A DNA stretch of 64,000 nt from assembly GCA_043762265.1 (NCBI GenBank), contig JAYUMV010000239.1:2142-66141 (forward strand), given 5' to 3'. Below the pieces are notes generated by a model. That model saw only the letters and a list, made by a program, of their open reading frames with translations, searched no databases and was not told the origin of the DNA. This DNA comes from Chthonomonadaceae bacterium. GTDB taxonomy: Bacteria > Armatimonadota > Chthonomonadetes > Chthonomonadales > Chthonomonadaceae. This document shows positions 37,022-45,092 of this stretch, piece by piece. The first letter of the stretch is position 1, and every line of letters begins with the position of its first letter. The translations under genes and the position numbers were made by a program.

Positions 37022-37672
37022 ATGAACTCTGTAAACGTGAATGAAGCGGCGTTGGAAAATCCGAGGGACCACGCCGAGTTTGAAAGGCTGCTGGAGCGTA
37101 CGCAGCGCCAGGCCTATAATATCGCCTATCGAATGACCGGCAACCGAGACGATGCCGAAGACCTGACCCAGGAAGCCTACCTTCGCGCCTACCGTTCCTT
37201 CGGAACTTACAATCGGCAACTGCCGTTTGAGAGCTGGTTCTTCCGCATCCTGTCGAACCTTTTTATCGACCTGATGCGGCGCAAGCCCAAACAGAAACCG
37301 CTGTCGCTGGATCAGCCAGTGGGCGACGACGAGGGCGACGACAACCTGCTCCTGCAAATCGCGGACGACAATGCCAACCCGGAACGCAACCTGATGGACA
37401 CCGTCATGGACGAGCGGCTGCAGGTGGCCCTGGCCGCGCTGCCGGACGCATTCCGCACGGCCGTGATGCTGTGCGATGTCGAAGGTAAGTCGTATGAAGA
37501 GATCGCTCAGACGATGGGCTCTTCGATCGGAACGGTGCGTTCGCGCATTCACCGGGGCCGGACGATGCTCCGCCGCCTGATGAACAGTCCGATCAAACCG
37601 GCCAAATCGGAGGAACGGACACGCGGCCAGCAACTGCCGCCCCTGTTCACCGCCGCTGCCCAACCTGCATAA
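37022..37672 (+). CDS. ECF-type (group 4) sigma-70 factor
   Basis: Region 2 DAEDLTQEAYLRAYRSF...WFFRILSNLFIDLMRR. Region 4 SYEEIAQTMGSSIGTVRSRIHRGR. SD GAGGGAGG. Confidence 0.9.
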   Translation: MNSVNVNEAALENPRDHAEFERLLERTQRQAYNIAYRMTGNRDDAEDLTQEAYLRAYRSFGTYNRQLPFESWFFRILSNLFIDLMRRKPKQKPLSLDQPVGDDEGDDNLLLQIADDNANPERNLMDTVMDERLQVALAALPDAFRTAVMLCDVEGKSYEEIAQTMGSSIGTVRSRIHRGRTMLRRLMNSPIKPAKSEERTRGQQLPPLFTAAAQPA

Positions 37673-37697
37673 AGGCGTCGTGTGCCCACAGTTCCGA

Positions 37698-37729
37698 GCG
37701 TTCCCGTCCCCAGACGGGAACGCTCTTTT
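37698..37729 (+). terminator. Rho-independent terminator
   Basis: GCGTTCCCGTC-ccca-GACGGGAACGC followed by TCTTTTG. Confidence 0.8.
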
Positions 37730-37798
37730 GTCGGGATCTTTTTCCGTACCCAGGATCCCTTCCCATTCCCCCAGGACGTAAAAGAGGAAATCAGAAGC

Positions 37799-38575
37799 AT
37801 GTTGATCGATACCCATTGCCATTTCAACCACGCCCGGTTTGCCGAAGATATGCCGGAGTGCATCGCGCGGGCGCACGAGGCGGGTGTGACGCAGATGATC
37901 GTGATAGGGACTGATCGAGAGAGCAGTGAACAGGCGGTCGCGATCGCTGAGGAGTGGGGACACGGGATTTTCGCCACCATTGGTGTCCATCCACACGACT
38001 CCCGGCACTGGGATGCCGCGACCGAAGCACGGTTTCGTACGCTCGCCGACCATCCCAAAGTCGTCGCAATCGGCGAGATCGGGCTGGACTACCACTATGA
38101 CTTCTCGCCTCGGGAGGCCCAGTTCGAAGCGTTCCGAGCCCAGATGCGACTGGCGCGGCAGGCGGAACTTCCGGTGGTCATTCACTGCCGTGAGGCGTAT
38201 GCCGACACGCTGCAGCTCTTAGGAGAAGAAGGGGCGGACGAAACGAGAGGCGTGATGCACTGCTGGGCGGGCACGGTCGAGGAGGCGCAGCAGACGGTCG
38301 CGCTGGGCCTGGTGCTCGGTTTCGGCGGCACGCTGACGTTCAAAAATGCGGAGGAGATCCGACAGGCGGCGCAGACCGCGCCTCTGGAGACGCTCCTGAT
38401 CGAGACCGACGCGCCCTTTCTGGCCCCCATGCCCCACCGAGGCAAACGCAACGAACCGGCCTATGTCCGCTTCGTCGCCGAGCGCCTCGCGGAACTCCGG
38501 GGCATGACCCTCGAAGAGATCGCCCGCCTCACCACCGGCAACGCCCACCGTACCTTCCCACGCCTCACGCTTTGA
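37799..38575 (+). CDS. tatD: TatD-family metal-dependent hydrolase/DNase
   Basis: MLIDTHCHFNH..., IGEIGLDYHYD, VVIHCREA, GGTLTFKNA, ETDAPFLAP. Confidence 0.9.
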   Translation: MLIDTHCHFNHARFAEDMPECIARAHEAGVTQMIVIGTDRESSEQAVAIAEEWGHGIFATIGVHPHDSRHWDAATEARFRTLADHPKVVAIGEIGLDYHYDFSPREAQFEAFRAQMRLARQAELPVVIHCREAYADTLQLLGEEGADETRGVMHCWAGTVEEAQQTVALGLVLGFGGTLTFKNAEEIRQAAQTAPLETLLIETDAPFLAPMPHRGKRNEPAYVRFVAERLAELRGMTLEEIARLTTGNAHRTFPRLTL

Positions 38576-38579
38576 GGCG

Positions 38580-39626
38580 TTATTCGGTTTTCTTGCTTTC
38601 GGCAATGGTGTCGGCGATTCCGGCGACGTAGAGGACGATGGTGAAGGCGAAACTGGCGATCAGCCCAGGTCCGATACCACCGTGTTTGTGGCTGCCGGAA
38701 AATCCCCACGGAGACCCGGCCAACAAGTAGATGCAGAGCGCATCCAGGACCAGGAAGACCGCGCCCTTTACATAACTTCCGTAGAAGAACTGACCGGCGC
38801 CGGGCAGCAAGAGCGAAAGCAATACTGGTAACCGCGCATTCGGAGGCGTGGACGACTCCGGATCGTAGTTGGCCCAGTTCTCCTGCCGCATGAGCAGGTC
38901 AGCGTACTTCTTCTCGGCGGAGGAGCGTCTGGGATCGGCTTCCAGGGCACGTTTGTAGGCGGCAAGGGCCTCGTCGATACGCGCCACGCCCTGTAAGACA
39001 TCGCCCAGCATCTCCAGCGCAGAGCCGTCTTTGGGCGACAGTTCCAGGGCTTCCCGGCACTTCGCCTCTGCATCGACGAACTTCTCGCGCCTGCGCAGCA
39101 TATTCGCATCGCGCAGCAGGCTCTCCGCCGCGCGCACCTCCTGCACTGAGGACTCACGGAACTCCGGCAGACTCTTGCCGGCGGTCGTGATCGAGACCTG
39201 CCGCTCGGCGTCTTTCTGCACTTTCAGTTGCGCCGCAAAGGCTGCCAGGGAATCGGCGGTGACGCGGTCGGAGCCCTTTTTGGGCGGCGTGGGAGCGAAG
39301 GGCTTGGGAGGAATGAGGGTCGGTTTCGGGAGCGCGGAAGGGGCGACATCCGCCGTGTGCGCGTTCGCATTCAGCAGGCGGCGCACCTCGTCGGGAGAGA
39401 GGCCGAGTTTGGTCATCTCAGCCTCGATACGACGGCGCTTTTCGGCATCGGAGATCTCAGGTTGGGCCGCTGGAGGAGTTACCAGGGATGGAATCGCCTG
39501 CGTAGGCTCCAGCGTGGGACGGGCCGACGGCGCAAAAGCCTCCGTCGGCTCAGCCGCGGGCCAGGCAGGCGGCGGCGAAAATGCCTGCGTCGGTTCGGGC
39601 GCGGAGGATCGGTTCGTCTCATCCAT
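38580..39626 (-). CDS. Pro-rich / TPR protein with C-terminal membrane segments
   Basis: P/A/T-rich N-terminus; TPR-like AEAKCREALELSPKDGSALEMLGDVL..AYKRALEADP. C-terminal hydrophobic LPVLLSLLLPGAGQFFYG... Confidence 0.75.
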   Translation of the reverse strand: MDETNRSSAPEPTQAFSPPPAWPAAEPTEAFAPSARPTLEPTQAIPSLVTPPAAQPEISDAEKRRRIEAEMTKLGLSPDEVRRLLNANAHTADVAPSALPKPTLIPPKPFAPTPPKKGSDRVTADSLAAFAAQLKVQKDAERQVSITTAGKSLPEFRESSVQEVRAAESLLRDANMLRRREKFVDAEAKCREALELSPKDGSALEMLGDVLQGVARIDEALAAYKRALEADPRRSSAEKKYADLLMRQENWANYDPESSTPPNARLPVLLSLLLPGAGQFFYGSYVKGAVFLVLDALCIYLLAGSPWGFSGSHKHGGIGPGLIASFAFTIVLYVAGIADTIAESKKTE

Positions 39627-39664
39627 CAGCAGGGTCTCCCTCAGCGAAACGGTCGAAACCAGCG

Positions 39665-40228
39665 TTACGGCGTCGGCGCCAGCGAAGAGGCGTCGAGTGT
39701 CGCGGGCTCAGGCACAAGGTTCAGTTCCACATGGGGAGCCTCGGACCAGAACTCTTCCAGCCGGAAGAAGGCGCGCTGCTCTTCCGCCATGACATGCGCG
39801 ACGACATCGCCGAAATCGATCAGGATCCAGGTCGCTTCCTGGTAACCTTCCATCCGCAGTTTGCGATAGCCATTGTCCCGCATCTTCTCTTCCATACGGT
39901 CGGCGATACCGCGAATCTGGATGGAAGACTTGCCGGTGCAGATCACGAAGAAGTCTGCGATGATCGTCAGGCCACGCAGGTCGAGCGCGAGAATGTCGGT
40001 GGCTTTGACCGCATCGGCGGCCTTCACGATGATCGCCAGACGCTCTTCGGTATCGAGATCCTGCAGGGTCGCGACGGGCTCTTCTTCCTCCAGCTCCTCG
40101 TCCTCTAGCTCTTCGTCGATCTCGTCGTTGATCTCATCTTCGTCCAACTCGGTGAGGTCCAACTCGTCCTCTTCCAGTTCCGTTGCGTCGTTGAGGGGCG
40201 ACGTTGTTTGTTCAGTCGAATTCGTCAC
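39665..40228 (-). CDS. rsfS: Ribosome silencing factor RsfS with a roughly 65-aa acidic N-terminal extension
   Basis: Core ATDILALDLRGLTIIADFFVICTGKSSIQIRGIAD...WILIDFGDVVAHVM. The GTG start overlaps the nadD stop (GTGA). Confidence 0.9.
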   Translation of the reverse strand: MTNSTEQTTSPLNDATELEEDELDLTELDEDEINDEIDEELEDEELEEEEPVATLQDLDTEERLAIIVKAADAVKATDILALDLRGLTIIADFFVICTGKSSIQIRGIADRMEEKMRDNGYRKLRMEGYQEATWILIDFGDVVAHVMAEEQRAFFRLEEFWSEAPHVELNLVPEPATLDASSLAPTP

Positions 40229-40914
40229 GGTGTTCTCTCTCCAGCCAGGGAGGCGATGTCCTCCAGTGGGACGGCCTTGTGCTCATACAGATGATGCTCG
40301 CGAATATAGTCCACCACCTCCTCCGGCGTGAGGTAGCGGATCGGCAGTTGGGTGCGCGTGCGCTCCCGTATTTCGGTGGACGAGATCCCCTGCGCGGTCG
40401 TGCCGAGCAGCAGTATCCGTTCCCTATAGGCCGCAGGCAGGCGGTCTTGCAGTGTCTTCAGATCGAAGCCGGGGCGAGCGGCGGCAATGAAGGTGGCCAG
40501 TTGAATGATCTCGGCATGCCGTCGCCAGGTGAGTATGTCGGCGATGGCGTCGATGCCGGTAATGTAGAACAGTTCCGCATGCGGGTAGCGGGCGCGCAGC
40601 GTCGTCAGGGTATCGACCGTGTAGGACGCGCCGGGCCGGTCCAACTCCAGCGCCGTGCAGGTGAAAGCCGGATTGTTTGCCGTCGCGAGGCGAGTCATCT
40701 CGTAACGGTCGTGGGCGGCGGTCAGCAGATACTCTTTCTTGTGCGGGGGCGCGCCGTTGGGCACGAACAGCACATGATCGAGGGCGAACCGCGCGCGTGC
40801 CTCTTCGGCGACGAACAGATGCCCATAGTGGATCGGATCGAACGTGCCGCCCATGATGCCGAGCCGTTTGCCCGCATGCTGTTCCGTCGGCAGATCCGGC
40901 TCGATCACGGACAT
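40225..40914 (-). CDS. nadD: Nicotinate-nucleotide adenylyltransferase
   Basis: GIMGGTFDPIHYGHL...VPNGAPPHK...ISSTEIR. Confidence 0.93.
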   Translation of the reverse strand: MSVIEPDLPTEQHAGKRLGIMGGTFDPIHYGHLFVAEEARARFALDHVLFVPNGAPPHKKEYLLTAAHDRYEMTRLATANNPAFTCTALELDRPGASYTVDTLTTLRARYPHAELFYITGIDAIADILTWRRHAEIIQLATFIAAARPGFDLKTLQDRLPAAYRERILLLGTTAQGISSTEIRERTRTQLPIRYLTPEEVVDYIREHHLYEHKAVPLEDIASLAGERTP

Positions 40915-42413
40915 TGCAGAAATCGCATTCCGGTTTTGTCCACTTCAACACTGCCCAGGGTCGTCGTCACGCTGACGGCGAGCGTACGGACCGCTGCGCC
41001 CTGAAGAGGCTTTGTCAGCGCTTCCCAGGGCAGTTCGGCGACCAGAGTGCGTCCCTCGGTCTGCGTCTGCACCCTCGCGCCTGTGTTCGTCTCCGCAAGG
41101 TTCAGCCCCAGGTGCAGCACACAGTCTGCGGCTGGCGTCTCCTCGTGTGGCCCGAAGGCGCGCAGGCGGATCGTATAGACGAACCGCTTACTGATCGGCT
41201 GCCGGGTGTCCAGGCGCAGACGCAGCACGTCTCCAACCCGGCAGGCGTAGAGGGTGCGGATGTCACCTCCTCCTTGCAGATCGCGCAGTACGGTGTCGCG
41301 AGCCGGATCGAGCAGGACAGGCGGCAGATGCTCCCAGGCCTCTGCGTTGGAAGCGAGGCGCATGCCACTGGCAGGCACGACTGGCAACTGCATCTGCGGC
41401 AGGGTTCCGAAAATCTCGGTGCGGCGCGCAAAGGCGCTCAAAAACTCCTGCGCGATCTCGCACTGCGACGGATAGAGCGCAATGCTCTGCGCCTTACGGC
41501 GTGTCTGCGCCGGAGTGAGTTCACGCGTTTCCCAGCGGGTATCGACGGTGCGCATCTCGACGGGCGGCAGCAGAGGCGCGTCCGGATGCGCGCCTTGCGG
41601 CAGAGGCCAGTCGCCCCGGTGGACGAGATAGTAGCGCAGCCGCATCTGAACGGCCCAGCTCGCCTCCTTCGGATCCGCCTGCAGCTCCTGCACCGCGCGG
41701 GCCACGAAGGCGGCGGCGGCGGCATGGTCGGAGTGATCGTCGGCAGGATGCGTTACGGTGACGAGGGTCGGGTGGAAGGCACGGAGATTGGCCTTGATGT
41801 CGGCCAGCAGATCCTGGCCGCAGTAACGCGCGGTGCGGTTGAACGTGTTGGCGTAGGGCGAACGCTCCTGGTGGGTGAAGACCGAAGCGTAGGGGCTTTC
41901 CGGGGACCAATGTTCGTCCCAGAGCGCCATCAGGCCACGATCCGGATAGCCCAGAAACAGAATATCTTTTGGCTTGACGCCGAGCGCTTCCAATGCCGTA
42001 TGGGACTCGCCCTGCCGCAACGCGGCAAAGCGGATATAGTCCTGCGGACCGATGCGCAGCGTCCGAGCCTGCCGCTCGACGGCAGTGCGAAAACCGTCGC
42101 CATTGGTCAGCATCACCGTCTGGACGGCGCCGCCTGCCGCTAGCGTCTGTTGGATGAGGCCGCCACAGCCCAGTGTCTCGTCGTCACAGTGCGGCGCGAA
42201 AACCAATAGGCGTTCAGGGTGGTTCGCAGTCGGCATCTCCGGCAAGCGCATGGCGCCGGTCGCCGCATAGACAGCGCGCTGCCGGTAGAAGAACGCTCCT
42301 CCTTCTCCCGCAAAATAGACGCAAGGCACCAGGAGGCCCGCAACGATCCACCGGGCGACGACACGCGCAGAGACAGGACGACGGGGCAAGTACTCCTCCT
42401 GAACCACGAACAC
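40905..42413 (-). CDS. PIG-L/LmbE-family deacetylase with a C-terminal extra domain
   Basis: LLVFAPHCDDETLGCGG...HPADDHSDH. GTG start. Overlaps the nadD start by 10 nt. Confidence 0.85.
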   Translation of the reverse strand: MFVVQEEYLPRRPVSARVVARWIVAGLLVPCVYFAGEGGAFFYRQRAVYAATGAMRLPEMPTANHPERLLVFAPHCDDETLGCGGLIQQTLAAGGAVQTVMLTNGDGFRTAVERQARTLRIGPQDYIRFAALRQGESHTALEALGVKPKDILFLGYPDRGLMALWDEHWSPESPYASVFTHQERSPYANTFNRTARYCGQDLLADIKANLRAFHPTLVTVTHPADDHSDHAAAAAFVARAVQELQADPKEASWAVQMRLRYYLVHRGDWPLPQGAHPDAPLLPPVEMRTVDTRWETRELTPAQTRRKAQSIALYPSQCEIAQEFLSAFARRTEIFGTLPQMQLPVVPASGMRLASNAEAWEHLPPVLLDPARDTVLRDLQGGGDIRTLYACRVGDVLRLRLDTRQPISKRFVYTIRLRAFGPHEETPAADCVLHLGLNLAETNTGARVQTQTEGRTLVAELPWEALTKPLQGAAVRTLAVSVTTTLGSVEVDKTGMRFLQCP

Positions 42414-42495
42414 ATCCGCAGATGCGGGAAAGGGGCCGAACCCGGCTTCCTGCCGAATTCGCCCCTTTGGACACTAACCAGGCTTCGCACAGAAA

Positions 42496-42583
42496 CGGAG
42501 CGAGAGGGATTCGAACCCTCGAAAGAGTTTCCCCTTTACACGATTTCCAATCGTGCTCCTTAGACCAACTCGGACATCACTCC
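42496..42583 (-). tRNA. tRNA-Ser (anticodon GGA), long variable arm, CCA not encoded
   Basis: Hand-folded: acceptor GGAGTGA/TCGCTCC, anticodon arm CACGA-TTGGAAA-TCGTG, long variable arm, T-arm GAGGG-TTCGAAT-CCCTC, discriminator G. Confidence 0.9.
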
Positions 42584-42652
42584 ACACTATCCATTCCATC
42601 CTCACCCGGTTTTCACTTCGGGTGGAATGTATCCCTGCACAATCCAATCCCT

Positions 42653-42681
42653 ATTATATCATGCCGAGGCGTCGCTGTCAA
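42653..42681 (-). promoter_or_regulatory. Perfect-consensus sigma70 promoter for tRNA-Ser
   Basis: Minus strand TTGACA-N17-TATAAT. Predicts a roughly 60-nt 5' leader on the tRNA precursor. Confidence 0.7.
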
Positions 42682-42760
42682 TGGAAAACGCCGAGCAGGA
42701 ACAGGGAAACCGCCGTTATGCCCGCCCTTTCTTGCAAAGGAGGCAACTTCCGCCCTCCTC

Positions 42761-42789
42761 TTGACAACCGGCTTGAGACAGCCTATAAT
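42761..42789 (+). promoter_or_regulatory. Perfect-consensus sigma70 promoter of the thrS leader
   Basis: TTGACA-N17-TATAAT. About 310 nt upstream of the thrS ATG. Confidence 0.7.
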
Positions 42790-42983
42790 AAGGGTGTTCG
42801 AGCGCATGTACGAGGAGACAATACCGATTTTGTACGGTTCCCACGCACAATTTTATCCCAGGCAGGAGGCTTCGCCCGTGTCGGTTGATACCGGGTGTGG
42901 CGGCGTGATGTTACGTCGTCCAGCCTGCGCTCACGGCTCTTCCTAGCCGCCCGCTCTCCTCTGCCGGACCTTCGTAACCCACG

Positions 42984-43016
42984 CCGCTACCCTCTCAGCA
43001 GGGCAGGCGGTTTTTT
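42984..43016 (+). terminator. Leader terminator/attenuator upstream of thrS
   Basis: CCGC-ta-CCCT-ctcagc-AGGG-cag-GCGG followed by TTTTTT, about 90 nt before the thrS ATG. The upstream 8-mer GCGGCGTG (42900-42907) can pair with CACGCCGC (42980-42987), which overlaps the 5' arm of the terminator. Confidence 0.5.
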
Positions 43017-43105
43017 GTCGTCCTCCCCTCTACGCTTTCCTATCACCTGATCTACCGCCCCAAACGAGGGCAGTCTATTTTAGTCCATCGAGGAGAACCC
43101 AACCC

Positions 43106-44857
43106 ATGAACGAAGTCGCTCATGATTCGCTTTACGATCTGCGCCATAGCACGGCGCACCTGATGGCTCAAGCCATCGGAGAGCTTTTTCCCGGCGTGAA
43201 ATACGCCATCGGCCCGCCCATCGAGGACGGCTTCTACTACGACCTGGAGTTCAAAGACCCGCTCAAGGAGGAGGACCTGACGCGGATCGAAGACAAGATG
43301 CGCGAGATCGCGGGGCGCAACCTGCCGATCGTGCGCGAGGAGAGAGAGCGCGCCGACGCCCGCGCCTTCGTAGCGGGTCTGGATCAGCCCTATAAGGTGG
43401 AACTGATCGACGATCTGCCGGAGGGCGAAGTCATCTCCTTCTACCGGCAGGGCGACTGGATCGACCTCTGCCGCGGCCCGCACCTGCCGAGCACGGGCTA
43501 TATCAAGCACTTCAAGCTGCTCCATCTGGCCGGGGCCTACTGGCGCGGCAGCGAGAAGAACAAAATGCTTACGCGCGTCTACGGCACGGCATGGCCCACG
43601 AAACAGGAGCTCTACGACTACTTGCAGCGGCTGGAAGAGGCGAAACTGCGCGACCACCGCAAGCTGGGCAAGGAGTTGGGGCTGTTCGTGTTCGCACCGG
43701 AGGCGATCGGTTCGGGTATTCCCCTGTTCCTGCCGAAGGGCGAAATGCTGCGCCATACGATGGAGAGCTATGTGCGTGAGGTGCAGACGCGCTACGGCTA
43801 TCAGCACGTCTGGACGGGTCATCTGGTGCGCGAAGACCTCTATAAGAAGAGCGGTCACTACGAGAACTACGCGGACGTCATGTTCCCGGCGATGAAGGAC
43901 GAGGAGGCGGGCATCAACTACCGCCTCAAGCCGATGAACTGCCCGTCGCACATGACGCTCTTCAACTCCCAATACCACTCGTACCGGGATCTGCCGCTGC
44001 GCTACGCCGAGTTCGCGACGCTCTACCGCTACGAGAAGACGGGCGAACTGAACGGCCTGACGCGCGTGCGCGCCCTGACGCAGGACGACTGCCATATCTT
44101 CTGCACGGAGGACCAGATCGAGAGCGAGTTCGCGCTCGCCCTAAAACTGATCCGAGAGGTGCTGACGCGCTATGGCTTCACGGACTATCGGGTGCGTCTC
44201 TCCCTGAAGGGCGAGGAGCCGGGCGGCAAATACGTCGCCGACGACGAGAAGTGGACGAAAGCGACCAACGCCCTCCGCAGCGCTCTGGACGCCAACGAGG
44301 TCGAGTACATCGAAGCGCCCGGCGAGGCGGCCTTCTACGGCCCCAAAGCCGACTTCCTGACGAAGGACGCGCTCGGTCGCGAGTGGCAGATCTCCACGAT
44401 CCAGGTGGACTTCATCCAGCCTGCCCGCCTCGGCTGCAAATACATCGACCACGAGAGCAACGAGCAGACGCCGGTCGTGCTGCATCGCGCTGTCACGGGC
44501 ACGACGGAGCGGTTCCTCGGCGTCCTGATCGAGCAGTATGCGGGTGCATTCCCTTTCTGGCTGGCTCCCGAGCAGATCGCGATCATCCCCATCGCCGAGC
44601 GGCACTACGCCTATGCCAACGAGGTGGCTGAGCAGATCAAAGCCGCCGGTTTCCGTGTCAAGATGGACGACCGCAACGAAAAGATGGGCAAACGCATCCG
44701 CGAGTCGGAGATGCAGAAGATCCCGGTCATGCTGATCCTCGGCGACAAAGACATTGAGAACCAGACGGTCAGCGTACGCCGCCGCACCGAAGGTGACCTC
44801 GGCGCGATGTCCCTCGCCGATGCCCTCGCCCTCTTCACCCAGTACCGCGACGCTTGA
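43106..44857 (+). CDS. thrS: Threonine--tRNA ligase lacking the N-terminal TGS domain
   Basis: Starts directly at the editing-domain motif (LRHSTAHLMAQA), followed by class II catalytic motifs and an anticodon-binding domain. 583 aa, versus about 640 aa for canonical ThrRS. Confidence 0.95.
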   Translation: MNEVAHDSLYDLRHSTAHLMAQAIGELFPGVKYAIGPPIEDGFYYDLEFKDPLKEEDLTRIEDKMREIAGRNLPIVREERERADARAFVAGLDQPYKVELIDDLPEGEVISFYRQGDWIDLCRGPHLPSTGYIKHFKLLHLAGAYWRGSEKNKMLTRVYGTAWPTKQELYDYLQRLEEAKLRDHRKLGKELGLFVFAPEAIGSGIPLFLPKGEMLRHTMESYVREVQTRYGYQHVWTGHLVREDLYKKSGHYENYADVMFPAMKDEEAGINYRLKPMNCPSHMTLFNSQYHSYRDLPLRYAEFATLYRYEKTGELNGLTRVRALTQDDCHIFCTEDQIESEFALALKLIREVLTRYGFTDYRVRLSLKGEEPGGKYVADDEKWTKATNALRSALDANEVEYIEAPGEAAFYGPKADFLTKDALGREWQISTIQVDFIQPARLGCKYIDHESNEQTPVVLHRAVTGTTERFLGVLIEQYAGAFPFWLAPEQIAIIPIAERHYAYANEVAEQIKAAGFRVKMDDRNEKMGKRIRESEMQKIPVMLILGDKDIENQTVSVRRRTEGDLGAMSLADALALFTQYRDA

Positions 44858-44879
44858 TCGTTGTCAGACCGCACAAACA

Positions 44880-44958
44880 GAGGAAGAGTCTCTTCCTCAT
44901 GCCAAAGTAGAAGCGTGGATGCACAATCCTTATTGTTGTGCATCCAAGCTTCTACTTT
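44880..44958 (+). terminator. Two tandem hairpins after thrS (8-bp, then 23-bp stem)
   Basis: GAGGAAGA-gtc-TCTTCCTC. Then AAAGTAGAAGCGTGGATGCACAA-(9 nt)-TTGTGCATCCAAGCTTCTACTTT (1 mismatch), ending in CTTTCTT. Confidence 0.55.
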
Positions 44959-44975
44959 CTTAGACCTGCCGCCAC

Positions 44976-45004
44976 TTGCTGCCTGCTTCGACTCCTGCTA
45001 TAAT
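44976..45004 (+). promoter_or_regulatory. Sigma70-type promoter
   Basis: TTGCTG-N17-TATAAT, about 90 nt upstream of the metallophosphoesterase gene. Confidence 0.55.
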
Positions 45005-45092
45005 ATCTGCATCTTAGGCTTTATGACGAGAATGTGGCCCTTGCCGAGGCAGGTATGAACGACGACCGGAAGCAAATTTTCTATAGGGAGAG

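Noticed and set aside
42795-43105. Calling the thrS leader a T-box riboswitch
   Set aside because: The best T-box-core match is only 9/13. It lies about 80 nt, not about 20–30 nt, from the terminator. I could not fold a convincing Stem I with a specifier loop by hand. It is kept as an unclassified attenuator candidate.
43052-44095. 347-aa minus-strand ORF. The same applies to 28071-29117(-), 36908-38185(-), 40914-42143(+), 47376-49025(-), 51172-52326(-), 54356-55363(-), 56309-57535(+), 61709-62749(-) and 15722-16861(+).
   Set aside because: All are antisense shadows of genes with unambiguous family motifs (thrS, AKR, sigma/tatD, PIG-L, M24/SDR, HEAT, prenyltransferase-like, CRTAC1, phosphoesterase). 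All have R/G/A-rich composition.
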